DNA of 61,447 nt, filler included, from Platydemus manokwari (Eukaryota), in the NCBI GenBank assembly GCA_037951405.1. It is 6 parts of 6 records of this genome, joined end to end, with 100 filler letters (N's around TTAATTAATTAA, not from the genome) between each part and the next. Parts side by side here need not be neighbours in the genome. Positions count along the whole stretch, not along the records: positions 22,071 to 32,341 come from JBBMOY011151215.1; positions 32,442 to 42,547 come from JBBMOY011168436.1; 4 more parts are not named here. One strand, 5' to 3'. Numbering within the stretch: position 1 is the stretch's first letter; every line of letters starts with the position of its first letter. A program made the position numbers and the translations under genes. Below the pieces are notes generated by a model. The model worked only from the letters and a program-made list of their open reading frames with translations. It was not told where the DNA came from and did no database searches. This document shows positions 28,001 through 41,600 of this stretch, piece after piece.

Positions 28001-29250
28001 TTATTTTTAATTTGAAAATATTTTGTACAGTATTATTGTTGTCCTCTTCCCGAGTTTATCTGGTGATACGTTGTAGATCTATTTGATAGAAAATAAATAA
28101 TTTTTTCTGCACACAATTTGTCAAATTAGTTTTTTTTTAAAATTCACTCGTGAATTGCAAACAACTTCTGAGTTTTGAAATTTTTGACTCCAGATACAAA
28201 AGCAACGACATTGTTATCGAAGCTGGAATCCGTACAGCGTATTGCATAAATTCGAATTCGTAAAAATTAAAGTTTTTTTCTTAATACAATTCTAATGAAT
28301 TTTTATGCTGAAATAATTTGTTTCCCGAATACATATATGTTAGCTAAATATAATTAAAAAGGTATGCGAGGAAATCTTGTCATTTTTGAGTTAATACTAT
28401 GAAGAATTTGAACCTCAGTTATATATATATCAAAAAAGCTTCTCACTCCTCACTTCATTGATTAATTTGAATAATCTTTTATGCTGTTAATAAAATATGA
28501 ACAAATGATGAATCAATCAACACTGACACTTTAATTGACAAAAAAATGAAAAATGAGCATTATATTTTTCACTCAAGCTTTGTAGCCATATTCGATCTGA
28601 GGTTAGAATTTCTAAGGTAATCAAAAGATTAACATTCAATCGACTTTACGGTTCAGTGAATCCAAAACCGATGATGGTTGTCGAAAAAATGCCATTTCTA
28701 TTCATCAATATTGGTATTAAAATCATCAATCATGAAGAGTCATCAATGTCAATATCATTTAAAAATATATTTCATCAAAATAAATATTTATTGAATAAAC
28801 AAATTGATTTTTCACATTTATTTAATCATCTTTTCACAGCTAGAAATAACATTGTAAGACAATCAATAACAAAACCACGCATCCAGTTCGAATTTTCGAA
28901 TCAACAACGGGTAATTCACTGAGAGACCATTTAAATGCACACTACCGGTATTGTCGGAGAGACAAGCTTATATTGTATGAATCACAAGTATCCTATTGGT
29001 GAGAAAATTAACCAATGAGAGAACGATATAAAATTAGAAACAAAGGTGAAACAATCAAAAAATAAAGACGAGAATCAATGGAGAAATCATTCTAAAAAAA
29101 ATCAAGACAAAAATAAAAATAAAGAAGTTCTTTTAATTTAGAATGGAGGAGATGGGCAAGAAACCCAGGAAAACAAGCAAATTGAGAATAACAAATATTT
29201 CTATTCATAACATAGAGGTGACATCTCGACGCGATCGCGCATAGACTGAT

Positions 29251-30617
29251 TTAATGCTGACTCAAATGGATAATCTGGAAATGGGCTGTGTTGATCTCAT
29301 TCTTCAACGGCTGCAGAATGACGCTCTAAAAATGCGATTTCAATCCCATTTACGATAAGACAAATCTTTTACAGTTTTCAAAGCGTTCGATTTCCGTTTT
29401 TTCTTGATTGGTTTTTCCGCTTCTGGCATCGCCGAGTCGCTCATTTCGCGTTTCGTTTTCAACTGTTTCAAGCTGATCATCTTGTTGGGAGCCATCTCGA
29501 TTTTCGATTCCGTTCCCGACAATCGGCGACAGCTTTTACACACCGGGTTGGCGTATCCCATCAATCGATTTTCGCCATTGTTGCACGTGCAATTCGTTTG
29601 GTGAACGTTTTTGGGTGAGAAGTGATTGTTGGTGAATGGCGAGGCGACAACGGGTTCTTTTTTTTCTTTCATTTTCAACCAACTGACGAATCTCTAAACG
29701 ATGCCGAGGGAGGGGGGCAAACAATTCGATTAACAATGTCAGGGAAAAATCCATCCTACTCCTGCAGCCGGACATTTCCGGTCCATTTGCTCAAGATATT
29801 TGACGAATTCAGGAGCAATCTGTTTGAAATGAATTCCTGATTCAATGTCTTCAAACGATTCGTTTTCCAGTTCGGCAGTTATTTCGAAAGGCTCACACAA
29901 ATGGTCGGGAACATCTACGATCTAAGGAGCGATTTCAAAAACCATTTAAAACTATCACAAATACGGCTTGAAGGTAAAGAAGACCATTCAAATTCACAAA
30001 GGATTCATTCCCTGGCTCGGGTCAGGCACTCAATAATGAATAGAATTCTCAAGGGAAACGCGTTTATTACCCCCTAAAACGATGAAAACACCCACCTTTA
30101 TTGGTCTAAAAGTGTATTCTGGTGAGTTTGAGGTTTCGAGACCATTTGGGTAACTACTAGAGTTCATAATCATTTCAATGTCCGCATTCATATCAAAACC
30201 CTTCAACCATAATACATGCTAAAAAACAGAACTAAACCAGCCTAACAACCCTACTTCAATATTTCTAGAACCTAAATCTTTACGTTTTCGCTTTGATATT
30301 ATTTCTGTAGCCTATTTCCAAAAATAGAAAAAAAAAATCAAAGTTTATGAAATTTACTTCTTCTGACTTTGGAGCCAATGAAATATCATCATTGAAGCTG
30401 CAATCATCCTAAATTGAAATAAAGAATATCTCAGTTGAAAGCTATTTAACCTCGCGCTTTATCTAAATTTTATTTTAAATATTAGCTCAATTTCTATTTC
30501 TTATCTCACTTCGATATCATTTAAATTATAATGAAAAAAAGTTTCCTCTTGTTTGATTATCTTCTCGAAAATGTTATCAAATTTTTCAAATGTTGAATGA
30601 TCAGATCTAAAAACCAT
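29251..30617 (-). CDS. Uncharacterised ~302-aa putative nuclear protein, 8 exons (30617-30510, 30462-30451, 30408-30358, 30311-30255, 30218-30096, 29921-29760, 29693-29373, 29325-29251)
   Basis: Manual splicing gives one continuous ORF MVFRSDH...NDIE|IKRE|DDCSF...SEE|ATEIISKRKRKDLGSRNIE|HVLWLKGFD...PIK|IVDVP...AAG|RFVSWLKMKEKK...LKT|SVILQP...SQH*. The seven GT-AG introns (47, 42, 46, 36, 174, 66, 47 nt) are all phase 0. Basic NLS-like clusters and a CxC...CxxC motif are present. The last intron is the least certain (alternative stop at 29340). Confidence 0.75.
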
Positions 30618-31849
30618 TTCAGAAATTTACAAGTCGATTAAATTAAAACGCGTTTTAAAATGTTAAAATTTATTTTAATAACTTGTGAAATATTAAAACA
30701 ATATGTTCATAAAATTATAAAATTTGTATTTTTTAAAAATGTTTTCGAAAAATCATATTTAATAAAATTAAAAAAATTTTCATATAAGATTTTGATTTTA
30801 CATTACGCAAACTTTTGTGATAAAGCCTAGAGATTCGAATATTAAGAGATTGAACATTTTAGAAATTATAATTAAAAGTTATAAGGCAGCTAAATATATT
30901 ATTAATATTTTTTATACAGTCATCATCACACGATGAAAAAAATTAAGATCTAAAATAGCATCATAGATAATAGAATTTTAGTAATTCGTGTTTATCTTGT
31001 TCTTCTCGTGCAGATTATAAGAAAAAATTACACTGGTGAAATATATAAAATAAGACTAAGTAAGCAATTATAGCTAGACTCAAATTACTTAATGTTCTAA
31101 GTGAAATCACTTAAATTTCAAACTTTACGTATATCACATATATATCTCACAAGAAAACATATCAATTAAAAAAGCAAATTGCATAATGAATAAATATGAC
31201 TCTTATTAAATTTGATTTGGTTTTCTCTATGATTGTTTATAGTCTTCCGTGCTACTATGTATTCAAATAATGATAGTAATTACAGATTATTTGAATAAAA
31301 ATTTTTCTCAAAGCAATAATGTCAGAGACCGTAGAAACCAACCAGCCTACAAAGATATAACTAATCAATTTTTTTAAGAAAGATTAAAATTAAAATTAAT
31401 CTTAAAACATTTGTGTAAAATTTCATTTCTGATATAAATAATTTAGAATTTTGTTAGACATTTTATTTTCCTGATTTTGTTTTTGTTTTGTGGGTTTTTC
31501 TATATTTTTCAATTTTTTAATTACACAACTGGCTCTTAAGTTATCTGATTCCTATTCAGAATTAAAAAGGCTCACACTCCGTTTGATTAATATTTATTCA
31601 TTATTTCAAATAGGTAAGTAAATAATAATGAGGGCTCAACATTGCAATAACAATTGTCAGGTATAAGTCCCTATAACTACTGGAAACGAAATCTCATTGG
31701 AGTCAATTATTACTTTAAGTTTAATACTTACTCCACAACAAACTACAAAACTGTTAAAATCTCAAATAACGCTTAATACAAAAAAATTATTAAAAACCTA
31801 TGAATTTTATGTTAATTAAATTCAACAATAGATAATCATGCAAGGTGGA

Positions 31850-32030
31850 ATCAGCAATAATATAGAGGACAATCACAAAGACTGGTTGTGAGGAAAATCA
31901 CGTAAAAGTTAGATATAATATGAGATTCTGACCAAAAAGACTGGCTGTTGCTCGTGAATCCCAACTTTTATAGGCTTATTATGTGTGCTCACTCGGTGTC
32001 TCAAAGCTTTACTTTTAATTTGATAGAGAC
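31850..32030 (-). repeat. Dispersed repeat family B (LTR-like, TATA-containing), copy 1 (copy 2 at ~59190-59385, +)
   Basis: Shared CTATCAAAT-AAAA...ATAATAAGC-TATAAAAG...TTCACGAGCA...CAGT-TTTTTGGT...TTGTCCTCTAT. Confidence 0.6.
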
Positions 32031-32341
32031 GTTCACATGTCAGTCTGCTACAAAATCTTTTGAATAGCTCTTAAAAATCTCGAATCTCTATGTTTGTTAC
32101 CATCTGTTTGTATAAGTCATTTGATTGTTGAATTCTGAATATGGATTGATTTATAAAAAGAATCGGATTACTTATTGAAGCATACCCTTTGTGTCTATAA
32201 ATTATTTGAGGGTCATTTCCATGGTTTCCATTAATTTTTTGATTGTTTTTATGACCTAACCGACAATACCAATTCTATAATTAAAAAGTAACTTCACGCA
32301 ATATACTCCACACAAACAAAATAAACATTTTATTTTATTTC

Positions 32342-32441
32342 NNNNNNNNNNNNNNNNNNNNNNNNNNNNNNNNNNNNNNNNNNNNTTAATTAATTAANNN
32401 NNNNNNNNNNNNNNNNNNNNNNNNNNNNNNNNNNNNNNNNN
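32342..32441. other. Artificial contig linker
   Basis: N44-TTAATTAATTAA-N44. Confidence 0.97.
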
Positions 32442-32599
32442 AAAATGACGTGTATGTTAATGATTTGCTACAGCACACACACAAGTGTTTACATCTGGTG
32501 TCAAATTCCGGTTATTAAATTATAGACCCAATATTTTAAATTTGCATTTTGTTCTTTCCACTGCTTCTATTTTTTTCCTCAATGCTTCTCTTAATTTAT

Positions 32600-33200
32600 T
32601 ATATATCTACTTTACTGTTAACATGACATTGTGATCTGTTTATTTTCCTCAGTAAAATTACTTCTGCCCGACTAATGTCGATAATTTGTTGCACCGTAAC
32701 ATTCAATGAATGTGTTGCATTTATATAGTCTCTTAATTCTCCGTAATTGTTGTCCAATCAATCCATTCGCATTATAGTAATAAGGGCTGAAGAATATTAT
32801 ATTTGTTCCCATTCTAAAAGTCATCCCTATGATTTCTTGTGATTCGAAGTATTTACGCTAATCTACGTGTATTTTTTTGATACATCGTATTTTGAAACAC
32901 ATTAATTTTGAATCACTTTTTCTATTGTTTCTTCATTTTGTTTACTTATGATGTAAGTAATATAGTGTTGGGGTGTAAATGAATAACAAACTTCTGATTC
33001 CAAATAATGTATATTAGTCAATATGCAACTCATTGATTTGGTGGTTTTTGCAAATATCAAAGTATCGATTACAGATTTTAATAAACTGGTCGTTATCGTC
33101 TCCTCTTCTGCATTTATCAGGTACAAGTCTTCTAAGGATCCCGTCTATGTATATAGCCGCCATCTTCGTGGTTTTATATTTTCAAAATCGCTTCATATTA
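32600..33200 (-). mobile_element. Highly decayed LINE APE-endonuclease remnant
   Basis: Fragments 'LRDYINAT' and 'TDHNVMLTVK' resemble the APE C-terminal IDY/SDH motifs; heavily disrupted. Confidence 0.35.
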
Positions 33201-35203
33201 CAATTTTTTAATAATTGATTTTTTTAAAATTTTTAACATTTAATATAAGTATTTCATTTTAAAATTGTTATTAAAATTATTGTTAAATTATTATTAAATT
33301 CATTCCTTTAAATTTTCTTCACAGCAATAATAAAAGAGTATCCTACTTTTCTTACTTTTAATATTGACCACATCAAAAATTATGATTTCAAAAAGCAATT
33401 ACAAAGAGATTCGTAAAGTTTTGTGAGCAATTGAAAGATAGTGATATACAACCAATATTCATAAAGAGTACAAGTTCATTTCAGTGTGTTTAAGTCTGAG
33501 TGTTTTGCCATATGGATTTCTTTTTGGATTCATTAGCAACTTTATATGGATTTTTGTGTTTGTCTGGTTTAATTGGTTCTCTATTTATACATATTAGCGG
33601 TCAATAGGTTACAATTTGTTATAAATTAAATTAATTTTTTTTTTCAAATTTATTCCACACGTTTTTTCATGGATTCGCACTTCTATATTGGATATAAGTC
33701 AATTAATTTGATTTATGTTTTTGGATTAAATATTTTTTAATTAATTAATTTTCACAGGTAAATTAAATTTTTAAAAATATCAAATATTTAACTAATACAG
33801 GGTGAGAACTCTAACAAGTAATCCATGTTATACATACAAGATCCAAAAGAAGGAAATTTTGGTGTAATTCAAGTTTAAAATCACAGTGAGGTTACGTTTT
33901 AGCTCAAAACCAAAGTTATAAAAGTCACAATATCAGCTTAAAAGTCTTGCCCAAAATATTTTGGACAGTTGGTTAAGCTAGGGTTCAGCATGGCTTTAGC
34001 TCTAAAAAAAATTCGCTTTTATTTTTAAGTTCGATTTGAACTCTAGGTGAATTTTGGTTTAATTCAGATATTATAGACGTTTATAAGTCAAAGTCCACCT
34101 CACAACATATCTTGTGTCGAATGGAAAGTCGCCTTCTCGAGATTCCTCATTTTGAAAGATCGATTGATTGACCTTCGACCTCTTTCTCAGGTTTTGGGAT
34201 CGGATACTATCCAATTTGTTGTTCTTGATGTCTAGCTTAATCCATTTGAATTCAAATTTCTCCCACTCGAACTTTTTAAGATCATTGTTCTTTCGCATCA
34301 AATTTTATTTTATGTTCGGTATCTTAAAGTTAGCTTCTAATCTCGTAGTTCTTTTCAGAGACTTCGCCGTTTCCAACACTTTTTGTTTGTCTTGAGTATT
34401 ATCTTCTGGTGAGATGTTTTATTATTGTGTTTATTTTTGATTTTTATTATTACAACAATTATTGACGTCTTTTTGGCAATGTCTGAGTCTAATCAGTACT
34501 CTGGAGTTCCATGACCAACAGGTAATCACGAACCTAATATTATGATCTTTTTTCGACTCAATCAACTCTAATCCAAATATTGAGACAATATGAGCGGCTC
34601 TAGACACTGCTTTATAGATTTTATTACTATTTAATAAACTTTTAATCCCTTATTGCCTCGAGTGCATTTTACCAAAAGATAATAAATTAATATTGAAGGT
34701 GATAATTTTATTGAAGATGAGATAGAACCTTATGGCAATTGCTAACTTCAGTATTAGATCAATGTCCTATTTTAGGTACAAGTTTATTAATATGACACCA
34801 AAATACAATTATGCACTTAATAATAAACTTATTTTACAAAACGACAATGTTTGGCTACAAATTCTGGAAAAGTAAATGGTTATTAAACTTCCTAGAGGAG
34901 ATCAATCAATTGTTCAAGAGCTTTGGGATCAAACCCGATAAAGAGAAAGAATATGTGGTTGTTATAAATAATTGTATTCAGCACTATTGTTCTTGTTTTC
35001 TTACCTTTTAAAATCTTTCAAGATACCACAGACATTTGAATATATTATTGATTTCAAATCATGGCTTTTATAGCGAATAAATATTAATCGACATAATTTT
35101 CTCTTATCATTATTTATATGCATATTTTCAATGTTTACAGTTAAGATTTATCATGAATATATATTTTATCAACCTTTAAATATCGCCAAAGTAGATCGTG
35201 AAA

Positions 35204-35219
35204 TATTACCATGGTAATA
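35204..35219. promoter_or_regulatory. Perfect 16-bp palindrome TATTACCATGGTAATA (RFX X-box-like) ~75 bp upstream of the SPC25-like ATG; E2F-like TTTGGCGA on the minus strand at ~35183-35190
   Basis: Palindrome read directly; the factor assignments are inference. Confidence 0.35.
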
Positions 35220-35293
35220 ATATCAAATATTAATTTGTGAAATCAATAAAATATTTTAAAAAAAAAATCAATCTATTTAAAATAATATAATTC

Positions 35294-36126
35294 ATGTCCG
35301 GTGATAGTGAAAATTTATCCAATTTATCCTTTAAGATCGTTAATGTATCTTTAATCAATGAAATTAACGAAAACCATGTTGCTGCATTCAAGGAAAGATT
35401 TAATTACAACATTAAGGAAATGGATTCTTTTACAAAAAATCATCAAAAAATGCTTTTGGATTTGGAAAATTTAGATAAAGAATTACAACAATTGGAAAAT
35501 CGTGTCACGGCAATTACAAACAGCAAAGTTGGTTGTGTTTTTTCATTTTAAAATTTTTCATTTATAGTTTAATAATTGCCAATATCGGGGATTATAATTA
35601 ATTAATCAATGTTTGCGTTATCAGTAAAGTTATTTGATTTGATTGTATTATTTATGAATGTTTTTTTTCAATTAAGGGTGAAATAGAAAATGAATTGACA
35701 TCTTTAATTAGTAATTTGAGCCAAACTCGACAATTGGCTAATATATCAACTACCAATCCAGAATTATTATTTAATCAAACATTTCAAGATCTTAAACAAT
35801 ATGAGGACATTTTCCATCTCAAAATAGATCCTTATTTCGATAAAAGGGGTTTCAAAATATATTTTGAAGACATTAACAATTCATCGGATGATGTATCAAA
35901 AGAAATCAAACAAGAAACAAATCATATTGATAATAATAACATTGCTAATCAATCAGAACATTGGATAGATTTGGTCATCGTCGATTCGATATTTCAACTA
36001 AAAGGATCATCATCGGTTATTAATATAGATTCAATTCTTAGGGATCTCAATTCGACCGGTGATTTACGATCGTTTTTAATATTATTGAAGAAAACCATTA
36101 GTCAATCCATATCATTAGAAAAATGA
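35294..36126 (+). CDS. SPC25: Kinetochore NDC80-complex subunit SPC25-like (exons 35294-35527, 35677-36126; ~227 aa)
   Basis: N-terminal coiled coil, then RWD-like 'YEDIFHLKI...GFKIYFEDIN' and C-terminal 'ILRDLNSTGDLRSFLILLKKTI' matching the SPC25 L..LN.T.D...FL..(R/K)K pattern. One phase-0 149-nt intron; size typical of SPC25. Confidence 0.75.
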
Positions 36127-38664
36127 TTTTTATAAGTTTCCCTCATAGATGATGAGATATGATGCAATTAAATTTTTCATGAATATAATTACTATTATAC
36201 TGTAATTTAAATATTAAATGATTATCATTAATATTGGTTTTATTGTAATATTAATAAAATAGCAAAGTATTAAATGTTTCAATGAAATTTATAATAAATT
36301 ATGCAGCCCAATAGAGTAAGTTGTCAAGTTTGAAATACAAGTTTATTTTCAAAGGCTATTTTAAGACATTGGTAACATTAAAGGTAATCAAATTTTAAAT
36401 AGAGATCCTTAAATTGTCGTATATTTCATCAAAATTGCTGAATTATTTAGATTAATTAAACTCTGACTCCAAAATAGAAGGCTAATAATAAATTTTATTG
36501 CGCACTACTCGGTACACCTACACATAAACTAAGCTTTACAAAATATCAACCCAAACTTGGCTTTCAACTGGAAGTCGGCCATCGTTACAGTGATTTTAAC
36601 ATTTGCGATCTATGTGTATTTTTTTGTGTCATGTTGTTTCATGTTTTGATTCGATATTTGTTTTTCCATGTTCTTGGGTTTTTAAGTTTTTGGATGAATA
36701 GGATTGGCCAGTCCCTATATGTGCGTTGTTGTGTAGCTATGCCCCTTTTTCCAATTGTGGTTTACCATTTAACTTCACTATGATTTACTGATTTCCATAC
36801 CTGTATGGTTGTGTAGGTATATGAATGTTTAAAGTGCTTAAACAAGAGTTCCAAGGTGCAAATCCGTTTTTCTTTTTGAGGAATTTCATCTCACTTAACA
36901 ATATATAAAAACCCGAGTAATCTCTTAACGAAATTTTGTACAAATTGAAATATAATAATATATAACTCTATCTTTATAAATAGATTTTAATTTGTTAAAA
37001 GAATGACAACTAAAATGATATTTGGATCTAAATAGACTGAAGTGTCTCGGATCGGAAATATATGAAACTGAAGATAAGGATAAAATCGGACATTCCTAAA
37101 TATGGATGTTTAAAACAAATTAGTCACCAATAGATCAAATAATTTATAACACTGGATTACTAGTGTGTTGTCACTGTCAAACAACTTAGAGAAAATTTTA
37201 AATAGAGCAGTGAATTGGATCAATGATCCCAGCTCAATGATTTATTGTTAATATATAAATTATTCATATAGTAAAAGTATATCTAACATAAATTGTGATA
37301 AAAATTGTTATAATTTAAGACAATTATAATTGATGGCAAAAACATGAATTTTTGTAATTTTATCATAATTATCGAACTTTTTATGGGCCAGGTTACGCTC
37401 GTATTGATTATTATTGAATTTTATTGTAACAAGTAATTAATTTATAAATAAATACATTAATAATTTCGTTCAATATTTTGTTTTAATTCGATTAAAAATA
37501 ATTGTAAAATTCGATAATTACATAATTATAAAAAAATTTCAAACAATACTATTTTGTTTAAAAATAATATATTAATAACACAATTTTTTTCGTTTCAATA
37601 ATTTTATTTAAACTTAATAAAAAGTTTTCTGTAAAAAATGAAAATTAAATTTTTAAATTGGAACCTGATATAATTTTTATATCAAAATAAAATTTATAAA
37701 TATTTTAATATTCAACCTCATGAAAAATTAAAATATATTGAAATAATAGAATTATAAATTGTAAAATTTTAAAATATTGAAAATAAAAATGAACTTAATT
37801 TAGGAATAGGGGTTATTTTACCCACTTTTATAATAATGAATTTTCATGCTACAGATAATTTTATAATTTAATTTTTTAAATAATTGAGATGTTTGATTTA
37901 TTCGTAGAATTTATTTAATATCTCACTCTTAAGGATGTCGAATAGGGACAAAACATAGTTTCAAAACCAATTTCTTATTCTAAAATTGTAACAATGGAGT
38001 CTCCCAATTTGCATCTAATGTTAAAAAGAGGTCCTAACTAGTCTTCAATAAATTGCAGATCGACTTACTTTGATGTCTTTTTCAATTAATCAAATTTTAG
38101 GATATTTTTAAAGTTCTACTGTGTTTAATAATTGATTTTGAATAACTAAAATTCTTCTTAAGCATATAAATAAAAAATTCAAAATGTTTTTAAAGAATTT
38201 AATTAAATAAACTATATACATTTTTGTAATGCACTCAACCAATTTACAAATTTATTTTAGGACCCTTTTCTTAACTTTAGCCAAATATGAAGTTAAATAT
38301 GCAACAAAATAACTTTAGATCTAACTATTCCATTTGATCGTATTTAAATATTTTAGATTTTAAAAACACAAAAATTAAAATTCATATTGTTATTATTATA
38401 ATATCCATAACTTCTATGATCCACGAATATATCCTCGAATTAGCACAGTGTAACAGTTACATACGAATTGTGGAACAAAGTCAATAATATTATTTTAGTT
38501 TAGCAATTTTATTTAGCAAATTAAAAAAAACATACATTAAATTTAATTAATTGATTAATTAAAACATTTGGTAATTTTTATCCAATATAAATTCAGATAA
38601 ATATATTAAAAAAAAAATTTTTCTTTAAAGCACATTTCTAATAAAATGATAAATAATATAAATC

Positions 38665-41600
38665 ATGGATTTTTTTGATGAAAACACAACAATTAAAAGT
38701 GAACCATGTGTTGAACCGACTGATTCTTTCACAAAACTGTCTAATGATGATCGGCCAACATTCATAATTTCTAATGCAACAGCAACAATCAAAATGGAAA
38801 ACAAACAATCTTGTGAAAATTATAAGGAAAATAAAAAACCACAACAGACAATTTATATCAAGAACATAAGTAACAAAATTCAAAACATTAAAAATAATTC
38901 AAATCAGCCATTAATAATAAAAAATAACCCAAATTCAATAAATGTAATCAAAATACCGAATATTCAGCATCCATCGACATTACAACTAAATCAAAGACCT
39001 ATTGGAAGTAAAAGACCAATTGATTCAACGAATGATTCAGCCATACCTCAGAAACTTGTAAAACTCGAATGTAGTTCAAATCCCCCATTTACTGGAAACA
39101 ATGCTCACCAATCTACTCCTTTAGTCAACATTAAAAGTGTCCAGCCATCATCTACCAAAGAATATAAATTTGATGATGTAGAATTCGGTGAATTTACATA
39201 CAGTGGTGCTTATTCCAATTATCAGTCATCAAAAATACGGTTTGGAAAGCCGCATCCTTATATAATTGTCGAATCAAAATCTTTGTCCACTGAAGAAAGC
39301 CCAGCAGCAAAATATAATTTAACATTACCTTCAAAAATAATTGACAAGGGCATTTTATCAAATGTTCAACTAGAAGCAGTAGTTTATGCTTGTCAAAGAC
39401 ACGAAGACATTTTAACTGATGGAAGAAGAGCTGGCTTTCTTATTGGTGATGGTGCTGGTGTTGGTAAAGGAAGAACTGTTGCAGCAATTATCTATGAGAA
39501 CTTTTTGAAAGGTCTTAGAAAAGCAATTTGGATATCTGTTTCGAATGATTTACAAGAAGATGCTAAAAGAGATTTAGAAGACATCGGAAAAATTATCAAT
39601 GTTGAAATTAAAGTGAGATCTTTGAATAAAATGTCGTACTTGAAGATTGACTCAAAAGAAAATGGAAAATTTACCGAAGGAGTACTGTTTGTGACTTATT
39701 CTTCTTTAATTAGTAATTGCAACAAAGATACAAGAAGTTGTTTCAAAAGTAGATTCGATCAAATAGTAAAATGGTTTGGAAAGAATTACGATGGAGTCAT
39801 CATTCTGGATGAATGCCATAAAGCGAAAAATCTTCATAAAAGTGGTAAAACAAAAACTGGAAATATGGTTAAAAAACTTCAAGACACACTTAAACAAGCT
39901 AGAATTGTCTATTCTAGTGCTACCGGAGCATCTGAACCCAAACATATGGCATATATGGTGAGGTTAGGTCTGTGGGGACCTAACAAACCATTTCAAAAAT
40001 TTGATGATTTTGAAAATAATCTAACCAAACATGGAGTTGGAGCTATGGAACTTGTGGCAATGGAAATGAAACGGAAAGGAATGTACTTAGCACGACAGCT
40101 TAGTTTTGAAGACGTCAAATTCGAAATTCAAGAAATGAAAATTGAGAATTGTATCATAAATGGTCATAAGTTTAAAGACGTGTATAATAAATGCGTTGAG
40201 CTCTGGAACAATATTTATCAAGAATTCAAAAATGCATTAAAAAGAAACAAAAATAAGTTTGAAAAAAATGATAGCTCATTCGAATCTCAATTTTGGTCCT
40301 CTCACCAGAGATTCTTCAAATATCTCCTCATATCAGCCAAAGTTCAAGAATGCGTCAAAATCGCTACAAACGAAATTAAAAAAGGAAAATGCATTGTAAT
40401 CGGTTTGCAATCTACTGGAGAATCAAGTATTGTCAATTGTTTGGAAGAAAATTCCGGAGAGGTCTGTGAATTTGTATCAAATGCAAAAAGTGTTTTAAAA
40501 AATTTGATCAAAAACCATTATCCGAGTTTGAAAAATCTCCAGAAAAATCTAGAAGCTAAAGAATTAAAATTAGTAAAAAAATCAGAACTTAAAAAAACGG
40601 TATTGGATTGTAAATCGAAAACAAAAAATAATAAGTCAATTGCTAACGATTCGGAAAGTGAAGAAAGCGACGATGATTCGTGTTTCAGTGATTCAGATCA
40701 TGATGACAGTGAAAATAGTGTTATGGACTCAGATAGATACATGAAATCTGATAATTCTAATGAAGAAATCGATGATGAAGACATTTTTTCTGACGATTAT
40801 ATAATTAAACAGAAAATGTTAAAAGAAATCCAAGATATGGACAGCATGTTTCCAATTAACGCATTAGATCAACTTATTCGAGAATTTGGTGGACCAGATT
40901 ACGTTGCAGAATTGACTGGTAGAAAAGGAAGAATGGTTGAAATTAATGGTAAAGTTTCATATCAAGCGCGAAGAGAAGGTGACATTACTATGGATCAAAT
41001 AAACCTTTTGGAAAAGGATCGATTTAACAACGGCCAGAAATTAGTAGCAATCATTTCAGATGCAGCAAGTACTGGAATTTCTCTTCATTCTGATAAAAGA
41101 TTCAACAATCAATTGGAAAGATTTCACATAACTCTTGAGCTGCCTTGGTCAGCAGATAAAGCTATCCAACAATTTGGTCGTACTCATCGATCAAATCAAG
41201 TGAATCCTCCACATTATCTCTTTTTGATTTCCGATTTACCTGGTGAAAGACGATTCGCTGCAACAGTAGCTAAGAAATTGGAATCTCTTGGAGCTCTAAC
41301 GCACGGTGATCGTAGATGTGCAGACATAAGAGATTTAAGCCAGTTTAATTTGGATAATGTATTTGGTATTAAAGCTGTTAAAAGCTTAATTAGTACCATA
41401 TTTCATCACGTTAAACCAGTAGTTCCATTTCCGGATAAGTATTTGAAAGATTTTGGCTTGAATCCAGAAAGCTTTAAAAAATCCGCCATAACTGTCCTGA
41501 AAAGTATTGGATTGGATAAAGATAAAAAAGTTTCAGTGACAAAGTTCTTGAATAGAATACTTGGTATTGAGCTTGACATGCAGAATGCCTTGTTTCAATA

